A stretch of 64,000 nt of DNA from Octopus vulgaris (taxonomy: Eukaryota): positions 46,314,001-46,378,000 of the forward strand of contig OX597821.1 in assembly GCA_951406725.2 (NCBI GenBank), written 5' to 3'. Under the pieces are notes generated by a model. That model ran no database searches, was not told the DNA's origin, and saw nothing but the letters and a program-made list of their open reading frames with translations. Positions 25,795-38,084 of this stretch are shown in pieces (position 1 is the stretch's first letter; each line of letters begins with the position of its first letter). The position numbers and the translations under genes are program-made.

Positions 25795-26330
25795 CACATA
25801 TATATAAATAAAACGTCATCATCGTCGTTGTTTAACATCTGCTTTCCATGCTGGCATGGGTTGGACATGGGTTGACTGAGGGCTGGCGAGCCAGAAGGCT
25901 GCATCAGGCTCCAATCTGATCTGGCAGAGCTGCTACAGCTGGATGCCTTCCTAATGCCAACCACTCCAAGAGTGTAGTGGGTGCTTTTCATGTGCCACCA
26001 GTCAATGATCACGCTTGAATGATGTTTTTTACATGCAACTGGCAGAGGAGCCAGTCAGGCGGCACTGGCAATAATCATGCTCGAATGGCGCTCTTAATGT
26101 GCCACTGGCACAGGTGCCAATTAGGCAGTACTGACTTTGGCTATGACAGCGATTTCACTTGCCTCAACAGGTCTTTGCCAGTGCATTTTATTGCCCAATG
26201 ATTGAAGGGTACTCTTAAATGGGCTGGTTATGCTGCACTGGCATTGGTCACAGTTACAGTCTCACTTGGTTTGCCAGGTCTTCCCAAGCACTGCATATCC
26301 CTAAATGTCTTGGTCACTTGTCATTGCCTC
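25193..26330 (-). mobile_element. Two RTE 3'-tail/UTR copies separated by a microsatellite
   Basis: Each begins (CAT)n..TTTAAC.TCTG.TTTCCATGCTGGCATGGGTTGGAC and carries tandem GGTGC.TTTTA..TGCCAC units. Confidence 0.8.
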
Positions 26331-26639
26331 AATATATATATGCAAGAAAAATTTTAGAAAAATAAAAAAGAAATAGGTGGAAATTTTACTGGTGGGTGTG
26401 TTAAATTATAAGGCATCAAAAGAGAATGAATCTCCCCAGACACAACAGAATATATATATATACATATCTCTATACATATATATACATATATATATGCATA
26501 TATATACATACATATATATATATACACACACACACACACATATATATATATAATTTTATTTTATTTTAATTATTTTAAAATGTTTCAGCTGCAAAGCTGC
26601 AGTCAGGCTGGAGCACCACTGTTGACAGAGCTATATCAT

Positions 26640-27345
26640 TATTTGGAACTTCCTCTGATAGGTGGCATTTGGACAATGACGGAGTTTGATGCTGCTGCCA
26701 TCATCTGCATTTCCTGCCGTGAGATAGGCTCATCTGGAACCTCGTAACAGGAAGATCTCCTGTTTTGTTTTAAAGACACTTACATCCACACCATGCAGGT
26801 CTCTCAAGCATTTTGGAAGGATATTAAAGAGCTGTGGGCCCTTGATGCCCAAACTGTTGCAATATCTGGTCCTGTGTTTTGATGGCGATGCTGGGATCTT
26901 TGGCACTATGCAGTAGCACCCTGTTCTGCAGTTTGGGTAACTTTCAATGCCAAAGCTTGGTACAAGGCCTTCTAGGATTTTCCAGATGTATATCACTGCA
27001 TATCTCTCCTGTTTTAGAGAGAAGAGTTTTAATTCTTTAACTCTTTCCCAGTTGCTGACATGTTGCATTGAGACAATTTTCTTAGTGCAGCTTCGTTGGA
27101 TTACTTCGAGTTCCACTGTGGATTTCTTATTGTGTGATGAGCATAGTTGGGAGCAATAGTCTAAGCAGCTGAGAACATATCTCCTCCATAGGATCATCAA
27201 AATCTCCTTTTTTCTTGTTTTGAAAGTTTTGAGGAGCCATCAAGCCAGCCATCTGCATTTTATTACCAAATTGGTAATATGCACTTGGAGAGATGCATCA
27301 TTGTTCATGTCAATGCCCAGGTCATGCACTGATTTTGATTCAGGG
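26640..27345 (-). mobile_element. CR1-group LINE 3' end
   Basis: ORF 26730-27200: YVLSCLDYCSQL...LEVIQRSCTK...LKLFSL...IYIWKILEG...GPQLFNILP, a typical CR1/L2 ORF2 C-terminus. Confidence 0.8.
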
Positions 27346-27348
27346 ATA

Positions 27349-27382
<34 letters not shown>

Positions 27383-27959
27383 CACAAATATATATTCATA
27401 TATGTATGTATATATATATAAAACTTACTTGGGAAAGGATGCGTAGCATTCGATCATATAATAATATAAATAATATATATATATGCATATATGCATACAT
27501 ATATGTACATACCTACATATATATGTATATATACATGCATATATGGGTACAGGACATCAAAAAAACGTTGAACACAATGAGAAACGAAAACATAAAAACA
27601 AATACATAGAAACGAACTTTTTTACGGACAATGAGAAAAACAGAGAAAAGAGACATACAACATAAAGAATATTCCCCTTCTTCAGTTGTCCCTATTTCAT
27701 TTACTCCATGTTTTGAAAGCAAAACTACAATCACTTTTCTTCTATCATGTCAAGTCTTTTTTTTTACAGCTGAATAAGCACAATTGTGTTGTTATCTGTG
27801 AGTAATAGGGCTGCTCATCTGCTTTTATTATCTTATTGATAATATTAGAGAACATTTTAAAATGTTTTTAGTTGTCTTCTTTTTTACAATCAGTCCTACT
27901 TACTTTGATGGAGCTGGGTCGAGAGATGCCATCAGAACATTTCTATCAAGTCAAGTCTT

Positions 27960-30900
27960 TCGTTGAACAGGAATTCAATTTTTATCATAAAATGTCAATT
28001 TTGACATTAAATGCAATACTAAAATAAGAAACTAACGCAAACTAAATAGTACTTTTTATTGTTTAACAAATATATTACACAAAGTGTTTAATTACACATC
28101 TTTGGATAGCTATTTCTGTCAAACTGGAGTTTCTGTTATTCAAGGCATGAACTTTCTCTTTGCTACTTTGTGTGAATAACTTGCATCACAACAGTCTCTT
28201 AGCAGTGGCCAGCAGTAATCAGCCATCATGTTTGTGTTCCACCTACCTTGATACCTCGTCTTCATAGTCACAATGTCTTGGTGGAATCTTTCTCCTTGCT
28301 CATCACTTATTGTATTATAATTTTCAGGAAAGTAGTCCAGATGATAGTGCATGAAATGCATTTTTGCACTCATATTGCAGCTTAGTGCTCAAACACTGGC
28401 TAACAGGGTCTGCAGAAGTTCTTCATAATTTGATGACCTCCTGTCTCCCAAAAAAATCACAACTACAGCAAAAGCATTCCATGCTAGTTTTTTGGTGCCT
28501 GACATGGTTTATAAAAACTGCTCATCCTCCAGTAACCATGTAATCTGTGACCTGTCAAACACACCAAACTTAATTTTACCAAGAGACAAAGCTGGAAACT
28601 TCCAGCTTGTCTATTTGAAGCAGTCTCTGTCTCACTGTTTCAACATGGCGATACCCAGGCTTTGTCTTGATTGCCCAGTTTTATACCAAAGTAAGTTTGG
28701 TAAGCTCTCTTCACAAAATTAGTGATTTTGTTTCACTGCCTAGGTAAAGCGTAACATCCACAAATATAGTAGAAGACATTGAGACTGTTTTAACATTTTC
28801 TTCTTTCGCAACTGGCCATATTTCTGAAATACAAAGCATATTTTCAAGCCAGTTGTCACTTGGGGAAATCATAATGTCAAGGACATCATCATATGTGTCT
28901 CATATTAACATCATGACATTTACAACTGGTTAGATTGAAAATAGTGAAAGTTGCTCAAGTTCAATGCTTTTTATTTACTGAAGATATTTTTGTTTCAACT
29001 TTTTTTTTTTAATATCTTGGTGTTGGATAAATAATTTAATGAAGTGGAAAAAAGGTATTCACATAATGCACTACAATTAATGTTACACAAGGTTAAATGC
29101 TCTCTGACAGCAGCTCACATTGAACTGCTGACAGTTCTTTATTTTATAGCAATGTGCCAGTCCACTTTTAGTCACTTGGGGGTGGTCGGAATCCTTCCAC
29201 AGCATCTCCCCTTTTTAGAATTAAACTCCACTCAGAGTTTTGATATCTCTTATGCTTAGGGTTCAATTCCAGCGTTTCCATTCTTAAGTTGGTTTGTATG
29301 TCTTTTATGTTCGACATTTTTTCCTTTTACTAGGAATATCATTCTTCCAATTTGTTTAATAATTACACCATCCTCCCAGCTTTCTTTAGGTTGTCTACAG
29401 GTTTTAAAAAAGACTGTGTCACCAAACTGAAGTATATTTGTTGTTCACCTTTTTCTATTCTCACTCAGTATCAGCTTATCAAAGATGGATCTGATGTTTC
29501 TAGCAAACATTAATTCCACAGGTGACATTCCAGGCAGGGTATTTGGATTAGGTATTACTCAGTACACTCTTAGAAATTGTTGAAGTGCAAGGTCATCCAT
29601 TACTTCATTGTTCGCCATTTTTAAGGGCATCTTAGAATTGTCAACAAAATGCTCTGCTTATCCATCTAACCTAGGATAATATGGTAGAGTGGTCACACTT
29701 GATAATGATCATTTTACAAATTTTTTGAACTCATCTGAAGTAAACTGAGTTCCATTATCAGTCACAATGGTATCAGGAATACCATATCTGGTGAACAATT
29801 CGTGTAAAAAACTTAATGTAACTGCAGATGTACACTTATGCACTTCAGGCCACTTTGAAATACTGTCCACCACAAGGTAATATGAACCCTTAAGTAGGCC
29901 TGCATAATCAACATGCAGTCTGGACCATGGAATATGTTTTGGGCCATGGTTGCCATTTAGTGGTAGGTGCTTTTGCAGCTAGGGCACACCCTCGGCATGC
30001 TTTCACTAGTTCTTCCAATCTCACGGTCAATTGTTGGCCAATATACATAACTTCTCATTAACAATTCCATTCTCGAAATCCCTGGGTGACCAATGTGAAA
30101 TTCCTTTAGTAATCACTTCTGTAGTATGGCTGGCACTACAACTCTTTGTGCTTACATCAACACATTGTCACGCATTGAGAATGTCACACATTCAGAAAAA
30201 TGCCTATTTTTATCTCTTTTAGTCCTCAGCATTTCTTTCCTTTTTTTTTAATGAATTGATTGTATTCTGCTTTTAATTTTATGTCTTGTAATATAACTGA
30301 CAGTTCATGTATGATGTTACATGAAACATTTTTAATTTCATTTTCTGCAACACAGCAGTCACTGTGTCTTCAAACTGTTCAACATTTTTTGAAATCAGTC
30401 TTCATAAACAATCATGTCCTAATTTCTTAGATGGTAATATACTCCAGTTTAAATCCATGTTTAGTAATATAGTACCCCAGTATTGCAACCTATTAGCAGT
30501 ATGAGTAACGATTCTTTTCTTCGACCCATAATAACAACGATGATCAGTTAGTAGTCAAAGATTTCTACCATTTAAAAATCTATGAAAATTTTTTTTACAG
30601 CAAAAGTAATCACTAAGGCCTGTTTTTTAAATTTGGCCATAATTTTTCTCTGTTGGTAGCAGAGAATGGGAAGCACGAACCACAGCCTTCATGTCACCAT
30701 CTTTATACTTATGTTGCATTACTGCTCCAATACCATACTCAGAGGCATCTGAAGCTAATATAATCTCTACTGCAGGATCAAAATGTGCTACGGGTGAATC
30801 AGATGTTGATATTTTTTTATTTTGTCAAACGCCTTCTGACAATTTTCAGACCAACTTCACTTAACATCTTTTTTAGTAGATTATTTAGTGGAGCTCTTAC

Positions 30901-33398
30901 CTTACGCATATTTGGTATATAATTTTGGTAACAGTTTGTCAGTCCCCAAAAAACTTGTAAGGTAGATACATTTGTTGGAGGAGCCATATTGTTAATTGTG
31001 TCTGCCCTTGATGGAACTAGTTGATGTCCATTTTTACCAATGATTTGCTCTAAATATTTTATTTTAGGTAAGAATTCACACGTCTCCTCACTCAAAGTGA
31101 AGCTATTTTTTCAAACACATATTTTACATAGAAATAACACATTTCTAAATCTCTCAGAGAGAATTATACAGTAGCAACATGATAAAGTGATAGTATGTTG
31201 TCAACTTAATGTGACAGTCCCATGAAAGGGAAGGATGCTACTGTTTCCTGTTGGACTTGACACATTTCTTGTGTCCTTATGTTTTCAAAGTGGAGGCAAG
31301 CACCTCCACCCTGCAAAGCCAGCAACCAGAGACTAGTTTCAGAGTCATTGCTCATCATCAGTCTGGAGTAGCATGGCTTGCTAGCTGTCAACGTCTATCC
31401 TCCTTTGAAAACATATATTTCAAGTGAATTGCATTCACCAATTTTTGAAAATAGAAATAATACATTTCTAAATCTCACACTTTACATATTTTACATGTTC
31501 AACATGCTGGTCCCTGGATATGCTTTTTATGAGTACTTCATCCAAGTAGGCTATCATGAAATCCGAACCAGCAAGCATAGTATCCATGACTTGTTGGAAA
31601 ATACCCAGTGTTAACTTTATACCAAAAGAAGTCTATTAAATTCATCTAATCCTTTATGAGTGTTTATTGTTGATAATTTTGAACACTCTTCAACTTACAT
31701 GCACATATACTTCAGATAAATCCAACTTCAAAAAAAATTTTCCTCCATTCAAGTTTGCAAAAATTTCTTCTGCACTTTCTAGTGGGTTATTATGTGTCAT
31801 CAAACACTCATTTAAAACAGTTAGATAATTCGCGCATACCTGGATTTTATTGGGTTTTTTTTTCCTTCATATAAACTGTTGGGGATGCCCATTCAGCATA
31901 ATCAATTTTTTCAACTCCACGCTTTTCAAGACTATCCAATTCTTCATTGACTTGTTTCAACACTGTGAAAAGTACAGTTTGTTTTGGTTTAAATATCGGT
32001 ATAGCATTTTCTTTTACTTGAAAAGTCACCTTTGTTTTGGCGCACAGACTTAATTCATCAGACAAAACTTCAGGAAAAATCGTTTTAAATTTTTTATTTT
32101 AATTCGTCTGACAACTTATTTGTTCCAGCAGAAAAATCATTCACATTTTTACAGAAAAAATTTATAGGTAGGTCCCATAAGTTAAATAATTGTATCCAGT
32201 CTGTTCTGAATAAATTTGTTGTATTATTCAACACAAAAACTTTGGCTTTTAAGATATTTCCTCAAAATGTAATGCCATTTATCATTTTGCCCTTAAAATG
32301 TAATTTTTTTCCTGAAATACCACATGCAATTTTCAAAGTTTCTTTTAATCTAGGTCCCCAGATTTTTTTCCATGTATCTGCATTATCAAGATATCACTGC
32401 CCGTATCCAATTGTAACTTTATGTTTGTGTCGCTAATTTTTACATACACAAATTTCCTTTGAGCGTTGTTCATATTTCTTGTCACCAATAACCTGTTTAC
32501 GTGATTTTTTCAGTTGAACTGTTTTTTAGCTTTTGTTTTACAGTATGATTTTTTATGATCTATCTTACCACACTTGAAGCATTTTATATTTTTAAACAGT
32601 TACTTTAAACATGTAGACCACTGCACCCATAACATGGATTCAGTTTTGACATTTTTCTCCTTTTTTCTTGTCCATTACCGATTGACACATGAATATGAGA
32701 GCAATCTTTCTCTTCAGTTTTATCTGTGTCATATCTTAGATTTGTAATCTTCCGGCATTCTTCTGCTACTGCCTGTAGAGTTAATTTTTGGTCCTGTTCT
32801 AATTTTGTTAATATCTGGCAACCTATATCTGCACCTTTGCTTGCAGTTAGCCCTTGAACAAAAATTAGACATTTAAACATATCTGGGGTTAACAACCCCT
32901 GCATAGGTGACAAATTCTTCATCTTTTTAGACCATATTTATACATTGCCAGCAAGTATTGAACAGGGAACGTCACACAATGCTCAATGATTACTGTTACA
33001 CAAGGTTAAATGCTCTCTGCCAGTGGCTCACAGTGAACTTCTTACCCTGAACTACTGACAGTTCTTTATTTTAGAGTAATATATCAGTCCACTTTTAGTT
33101 ACTTGGGGGTGGTTGGAATCTTTCCTCAACACTTTTTGTAATTGCATTTACTTTAAACAATATTGAAAAACTATGTTTCAAAGTTATGTCAATCTCTATA
33201 CATGGGTTTGCATTTGATGAACTCATATCTATTTTTTAAAATGGTTACAATACTGGAAATGTTGCAAAATAGATATTTGAGTTTGTAAAATTATTGATAT
33301 GAAAGAGCAAAATGGATTTCATTTTTGAAATCAGCAACTCCAAAATTACCTGCGGATATGCCTCCAACACCAGATAATGAAAACCATGTTCCCCAATG
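27960..33398 (-). mobile_element. Chapaev3-like (CMC) DNA transposon relic, split by the Gypsy element
   Basis: ORF 28140-28373 MSAKMHFMHYHLDYFPEN...SDEQGERFHQDI...RYQGRW...MADYCW is the conserved C-terminal transposase block; candidate terminus CATTGGGGAACA on minus at 33398. Left end not resolved. Confidence 0.6.
29067..33131 (-). mobile_element. Gypsy/Ty3 LTR retrotransposon (Mag-like), decayed, both LTRs present
   Basis: LTRs about 29067-29204 and 32980-33131 share TGTTACACAAGGTTAAATGCTCTCTG...CTTGGGGGTGGT.GGAATC. PPT AAAAAGGGGAGA (minus, 29205-29216). Domain order on minus: gag (FKCLIFVQGL, CYGC), protease QLDTGSD, RT, RNase H SDASEYGIGAV, integrase YGIPDTIVTDNGTQF. Confidence 0.92.
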
Positions 33399-33691
33399 TA
33401 ATCAATCATGATAGTGATTAATATATCTGTATTGCTTTTTTAGCATTGTTTGTATTATTAATATTAAAAACTGGCATTTCTATACCATATTTATTTGGCC
33501 ATCTCCTTTTTACCAATTTTTTTGTTGGTTGAAGAAATGGAAAAAAAAATAACAGCAATAATGAGAGATCAACAGCCAAGAAATAAGGAATGTTTTGTTT
33601 TTAGTTTGTCTACAAAGTTTTGTGCTCTTTTGTTTTTGATGGTCTTCATTCTATCTTCACTGTTTCTAATGATAATTGCTTGTCTGCGCAG

Positions 33692-33772
33692 ATTCACATA
33701 TTTCATTCTGATGAACCACTGAAAGACAACTACACTTTGATTGATATTGCTTACATTTATACCTGGAGACGG
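33692..33772 (+). CDS. BMI1: PCGF/BMI1-like RAWUL exon ([27 protein letters not shown])
   Basis: gcgcag acceptor, CGG|gtaagt donor, 81 nt; near-identical to BMI1 [21 protein letters not shown]. Missed by the ORF track. Confidence 0.97.
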
Positions 33773-33863
33773 GTAAGTTTCTATAACCATTCTCTATAAT
33801 TGTTTTAACATGTTTTTAATAGTTTAGCCTAGAGGAAGCAACTGTACTTATAACCTTTATAGG

Positions 33864-34126
33864 CAGTGGTGGGCTGGGTCTTGCCAGGAGACTAAGGGAC
33901 TTGCAACTACAATGCTATCATTTATTTTTTATTTTATTTTTTTTTTGTTAAAAGTATTCTTTTCAACTGTCTACAAACACAGCCAGGCTGAAACAATTAA
34001 TGCATTCTTCCAAGAGTGAATAAAAAATTCTCAAACTTGAGGGAATGGGCCCCCATATATGGATTCTAATGTTGCAGGGTCCCACTTGCCATCAGGCAAA
34101 TCGGCAACCTGGCCAGTCCACCACTG
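33864..34126. mobile_element. hAT-type MITE (263 bp)
   Basis: TIRs CAGTGGTGGGCTGG / CCAGTCCACCACTG; perfect 8-bp TSD TTTATAGG at 33856-33863 and 34127-34134. Confidence 0.9.
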
Positions 34127-34830
34127 TTTATAGGCCTCCTGAGATCAGTGAGATTGAAACTGATAGGTAAATCTGTGATGAAAGCCATTTTAGCAATGGC
34201 CATTTTGTACTTTTGCTTTTCAGGCAGAGTATATTCAAGGTTACAACATTAAGCTGTAAAGATAGTAGAGAATATTATGTAGGAATCAAGCTACAATATA
34301 TATATATATATATTATAGGCTTCGGTCCACTGTTCTAACTTGGCAGGAAGTCAGCGTATCTCAGTTTTATGAAATAAAGCAGTAGCTGAATGCTGATGTA
34401 GAATGTTTAAATTAGTGTTATTTAGTAGAATGTGTTTTGAGTGAAAATCCTGCCATAGTGAACTCATAAACTTATACTAAGATTTTCAATAAAATGTCAC
34501 ATTGGTTGAAGTGATTAAAGTGAACTCTGTCACTAGTATACAGAATTTATAGGTAGTTACTCTGTGTTTCATTAATCTCATATAGCTTTGTTAGATTAAA
34601 GCTGATGAATTACATTCTGTAACTATAATAAATTGTGGATTCAGTTTCTTGCTTGTTTGATATTTTAAGGAAAGTGGGCTACTTTTGATATTTAATGGTA
34701 TTTGTGATGTTTATCTGATTGCTTTGTGAAAGACAGAATTGTGTGTTTTAATCCATTTAAAAAATTTTTAAGCAAGCTGTGATTGAACTTGGCATTTATG
34801 ATTAATATGTTACTGAAATGTCTTTTGCAG

Positions 34831-35889
34831 AATGCTCCATTGCGACTCTTCTATTCTGTGTTTGAAAATAGTGCTAAGAAACCAAAACTGTCTAACACAG
34901 AAACTGTCTCTGAAAACAGAAGTGTGAAAGAAAAACTGAAGCTGTCAGTGTCCACTACTAGTGCCACTAACACTGTAACAAATACTACAGCAGCTGTTCC
35001 ACATGTGACAAAAACTTCAACTGTCTTAACACCTACTGCCACTACTGTTCAATTGACCACTCCAACACCAACTACTACCACTGTTGTCACAACTACTGTA
35101 CGTACCAATGCTAGTTGCACTGAAACAACAACCAATAGCAGCTCTGTAATGAGGCCATGCAGTGATAATGCTGTATTTCACAAACCTACTCAACCACCAC
35201 CTTCAACTAAACATAGTCATAATCAGAAAACTTTGCAAACTCTCAAAACACCTCAGCTTATTGCACCCAAACCCCCTGAAATCTTTCAAAGACCTCAAGT
35301 TATAGCTCCCAAATCTTTACCTAATTCTGTACCACTCAATCCTCAAAGAATGTCCATTGCAAATTTTCAGAAACCTCTGCCTGTGCTTATGCAAAGGACA
35401 TCACAACTTCAGAAATTTCAACCAAGTAACTTTCCCCAAAACAACGAAATGTCACTTCCAAAAGTAAACCAAACTAATGCACAATGTGTAATGCAAACTA
35501 ATTCAATAAAGGTTACTCACAACTATGGACCGAAGAATTCTCAAGATAATTGGCAGAAGATGCCACAAAATATTCCACAAAAATGTTTCCAAACTAATGG
35601 TAATCAAAAAAGTGTTGCTGTTTCTTCTGCTAGTAAACCTATACAAGGATGCTCAAGTCACTGCAGAGTAACTTCAAAAGGAATGTCTAAACAAGAAAAT
35701 ACATTCTGCCAGAAACTTGACAATAAGAAACAACTAGAAACTATGATCAATGGTAATAAAATTGTTGATCCATGCACAGGACCTACAGCTCGATCTAATA
35801 AAAGAGATGGCACTGGAGATGTTAATAAGGAGAAATCAATAAAAATGAATGGAAATGCATCAAAGACAGAGATAGCTAGTGTTAGTTAG
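34831..35889 (+). CDS. BMI1: PCGF/BMI1-like terminal coding exon: end of RAWUL (NAPLRLFYSV), KKPK NLS-like motif, long T/S/N/Q/P/K-rich tail
   Basis: ttttgcag acceptor, phase 0; NAPLRLFYSV matches BMI1 NGPLPLKYRV; 352 codons open to TAG. Confidence 0.95.
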   Translation, partial: NAPLRLFYSVFENSAKKPKLSNTETVSENRSVKEKLKLSVSTTSATNTVTNTTAAVPHVTKTSTVLTPTATTVQLTTPTPTTTTVVTTTVRTNASCTETTTNSSSVMRPCSDNAVFHKPTQPPPSTKHSHNQKTLQTLKTPQLIAPKPPEIFQRPQVIAPKSLPNSVPLNPQRMSIANFQKPLPVLMQRTSQLQKFQPSNFPQNNEMSLPKVNQTNAQCVMQTNSIKVTHNYGPKNSQDNWQKMPQNIPQKCFQTNGNQKSVAVSSASKPIQGCSSHCRVTSKGMSKQENTFCQKLDNKKQLETMINGNKIVDPCTGPTARSNKRDGTGDVNKEKSIKMNGNASKTEIASVS

Positions 35890-37260
35890 AAGTGTGAGGT
35901 TTGAAGTCAGGAGAAATAACTAATGGAGGACAAAAATAAAAATAGAATTTGCACAATGACAGCTGCCATTATAATGCCAATGAAGATTATCATGCACAAA
36001 CTTTAGCCACTGGATGCTGTGTAAACATTGTGTATATTTTTATGTTGAAAAAGATATGTGTCTGCTTGTAACCGCAAAACTCTGTGATGGGAAACTTGCC
36101 ATTTCATTGAGAATATAATGTCTCCATTGCTCAGGTGTTTGCAGAACTAAGATGACAGCAGTCAATACAAAGGATATATTTTTGATTAACAGGTGAAACA
36201 GTGGTTGGTAAATGAGAGAAAATCCTATGAACAGCATAAATTCATTTTTCCATTTTATATACCAAATAATCTAATTTTTTTCTTCTGTTAATTAACAATG
36301 GCTTGTGCTCTTCTTTGTAAATATCGGAAAATAGATGTGTGTATGAGTGGAAAATGTATGTCATTGTGAGATGTGTGTTAACACTTTTCCAGGTTGTTGA
36401 AAAATGGTCTGCCCATTTACTTATGTTTTGTTTCAGTAACCTCTGAATTTAACTGCTTACATTATATGTAAGTGCTTCAATATTTATCTTCTTGACTACA
36501 AGAGAAATATATTTTCTCATTCTCCTAACAAAGTAGTTGTCATGTTCAGTTTCCAAATTCTTAAATTATCAGGATAATATGTACAATCACATATCCTTAT
36601 TATTAATTCACTAAATAATTTCAGTATTTTTTTTTTAATTTCTAAAAACGAAAACCTTTTTGCTTTATATTTCACCTGAGTAAGAAATATTCTTTGTTTA
36701 AAGGTAAACAATTTGTGGAATTTACAGGTATGTGAAACTGTTGTGGGAACCCTTTTCATCATATGAATGTGGTTTCTCACTGAGATTTAATTTGATATTT
36801 TAGATAAGTTTTATATTTAATAACTTATTTAAAATATGATATTATGACTCTTGAAAAAACTGTTTCTAAGTTTAACAGAAATCATTCAAAATTCATCTGT
36901 TAGTTAAATAACTTGTAAATAAAACTAAATCATTGTTATTACAAATTCATTTATTTCCAATTAAAAGCTGTGAAACTGACAAAACTTTCTTTTTCTCCCT
37001 TTCTTATCATACAAAGATTTGTGTTGGAACTGAAACTGAAATTTTCATGTTGACTTCTTTTGTCAAATACAATCCTATTTTTCCTTAAAACTCTGTTTTA
37101 TGGTTTTCATAATTATTTGTTTTGTTTTCATTTTATTTTGTGCATTTGCATAAACATTATTCTGACTAGGAGTTCTATTTTTCACAATGGAAAAGTGAAC
37201 ACATACCTTTAATTCATGCATGTATTTTGGCTGTTAACATAATTTGCAAGACAGAAACGG

Positions 37261-37266
37261 AATAAA
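37261..37266 (+). promoter_or_regulatory. Candidate polyadenylation signal of the PCGF gene
   Basis: AATAAA followed by GT/T-rich sequence after a ~1.4-kb repeat-free U-rich stretch; other AATAAA at 35935 and 36918. Confidence 0.4.
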
Positions 37267-38084
37267 CATTTTAAACAAACTGATACTATTTGGTGTTATT
37301 TCAGGCTTTCCAAGACATTTTCATATGTGATTTCAGTTGTATTTGATATCAAATTTTAAAATCACCCATTTAAGACAAAAGAGGGAAATGTGCCTACTGA
37401 GAGATCTTTGATATGTGATAGGTACAAATCCAATAAGTGAACCTGTTGCATTTTTCTATCTTAAATTCGGTGACATAATGTCTAAAATCATAACTGAGTG
37501 TTTTTGCATTAGTAAGAGTCTGATAAAAAATCAAAAAAAGGTTGTATTTAAGTGTGTTTGTAGTCAAGTGGAACTCTTTCTTAGAGGATGCTGACATAAA
37601 AATTGGATTGTCAGCATGAAATATAAATATGAATATTTCCATTAGGTTTGGTGCTCTTGGTTTATTGACTTCTGGAGAATGTAACTAACTGAATGTTGAA
37701 CCCAGACTTTGTTCTGGATCATAGTTTCTTAATTAAAATTGTAAAGAATTAATTTATCCTCCTTTGAAATAGATCTATTTTGGTGGGGCTGAAAACCAAT
37801 TACTCTTGCAAAAAGACGTATATAATAGTTGATTGATTTGAATTGATGAATTACTGGCTCGTGCTTTCACTTAATTGATGCAAGTCTTAAGTCATCCACC
37901 AGAACACAGAATCTAAATTGATGAAACTAGATACTAAGAATCATGGGCCTTTCAGCTGGTAACTTGATATTCTGTTGTTAACCAGTTATCAGAGGAAAAC
38001 AGTGCTTAGTTATATTCTGTATTAAATGGATACTTGGGCAACTTTGCTATATTCTAATTGAAAAGTACTTTTAGCAGCATATTT

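Noticed and set aside
27545-27730. Hammerhead on minus strand (CAAAAC...CTGAAGA)
   Set aside because: GAAAC is mutated, the core halves are in an order I could not fold with supporting stems, and the element is truncated.
34783-34830. N-terminus of the 368-aa ORF (MNLAFMINMLLKCLLQ) as a gene start
   Set aside because: It is intron sequence ending in ttttgcag; homology begins at NAPL (34831).
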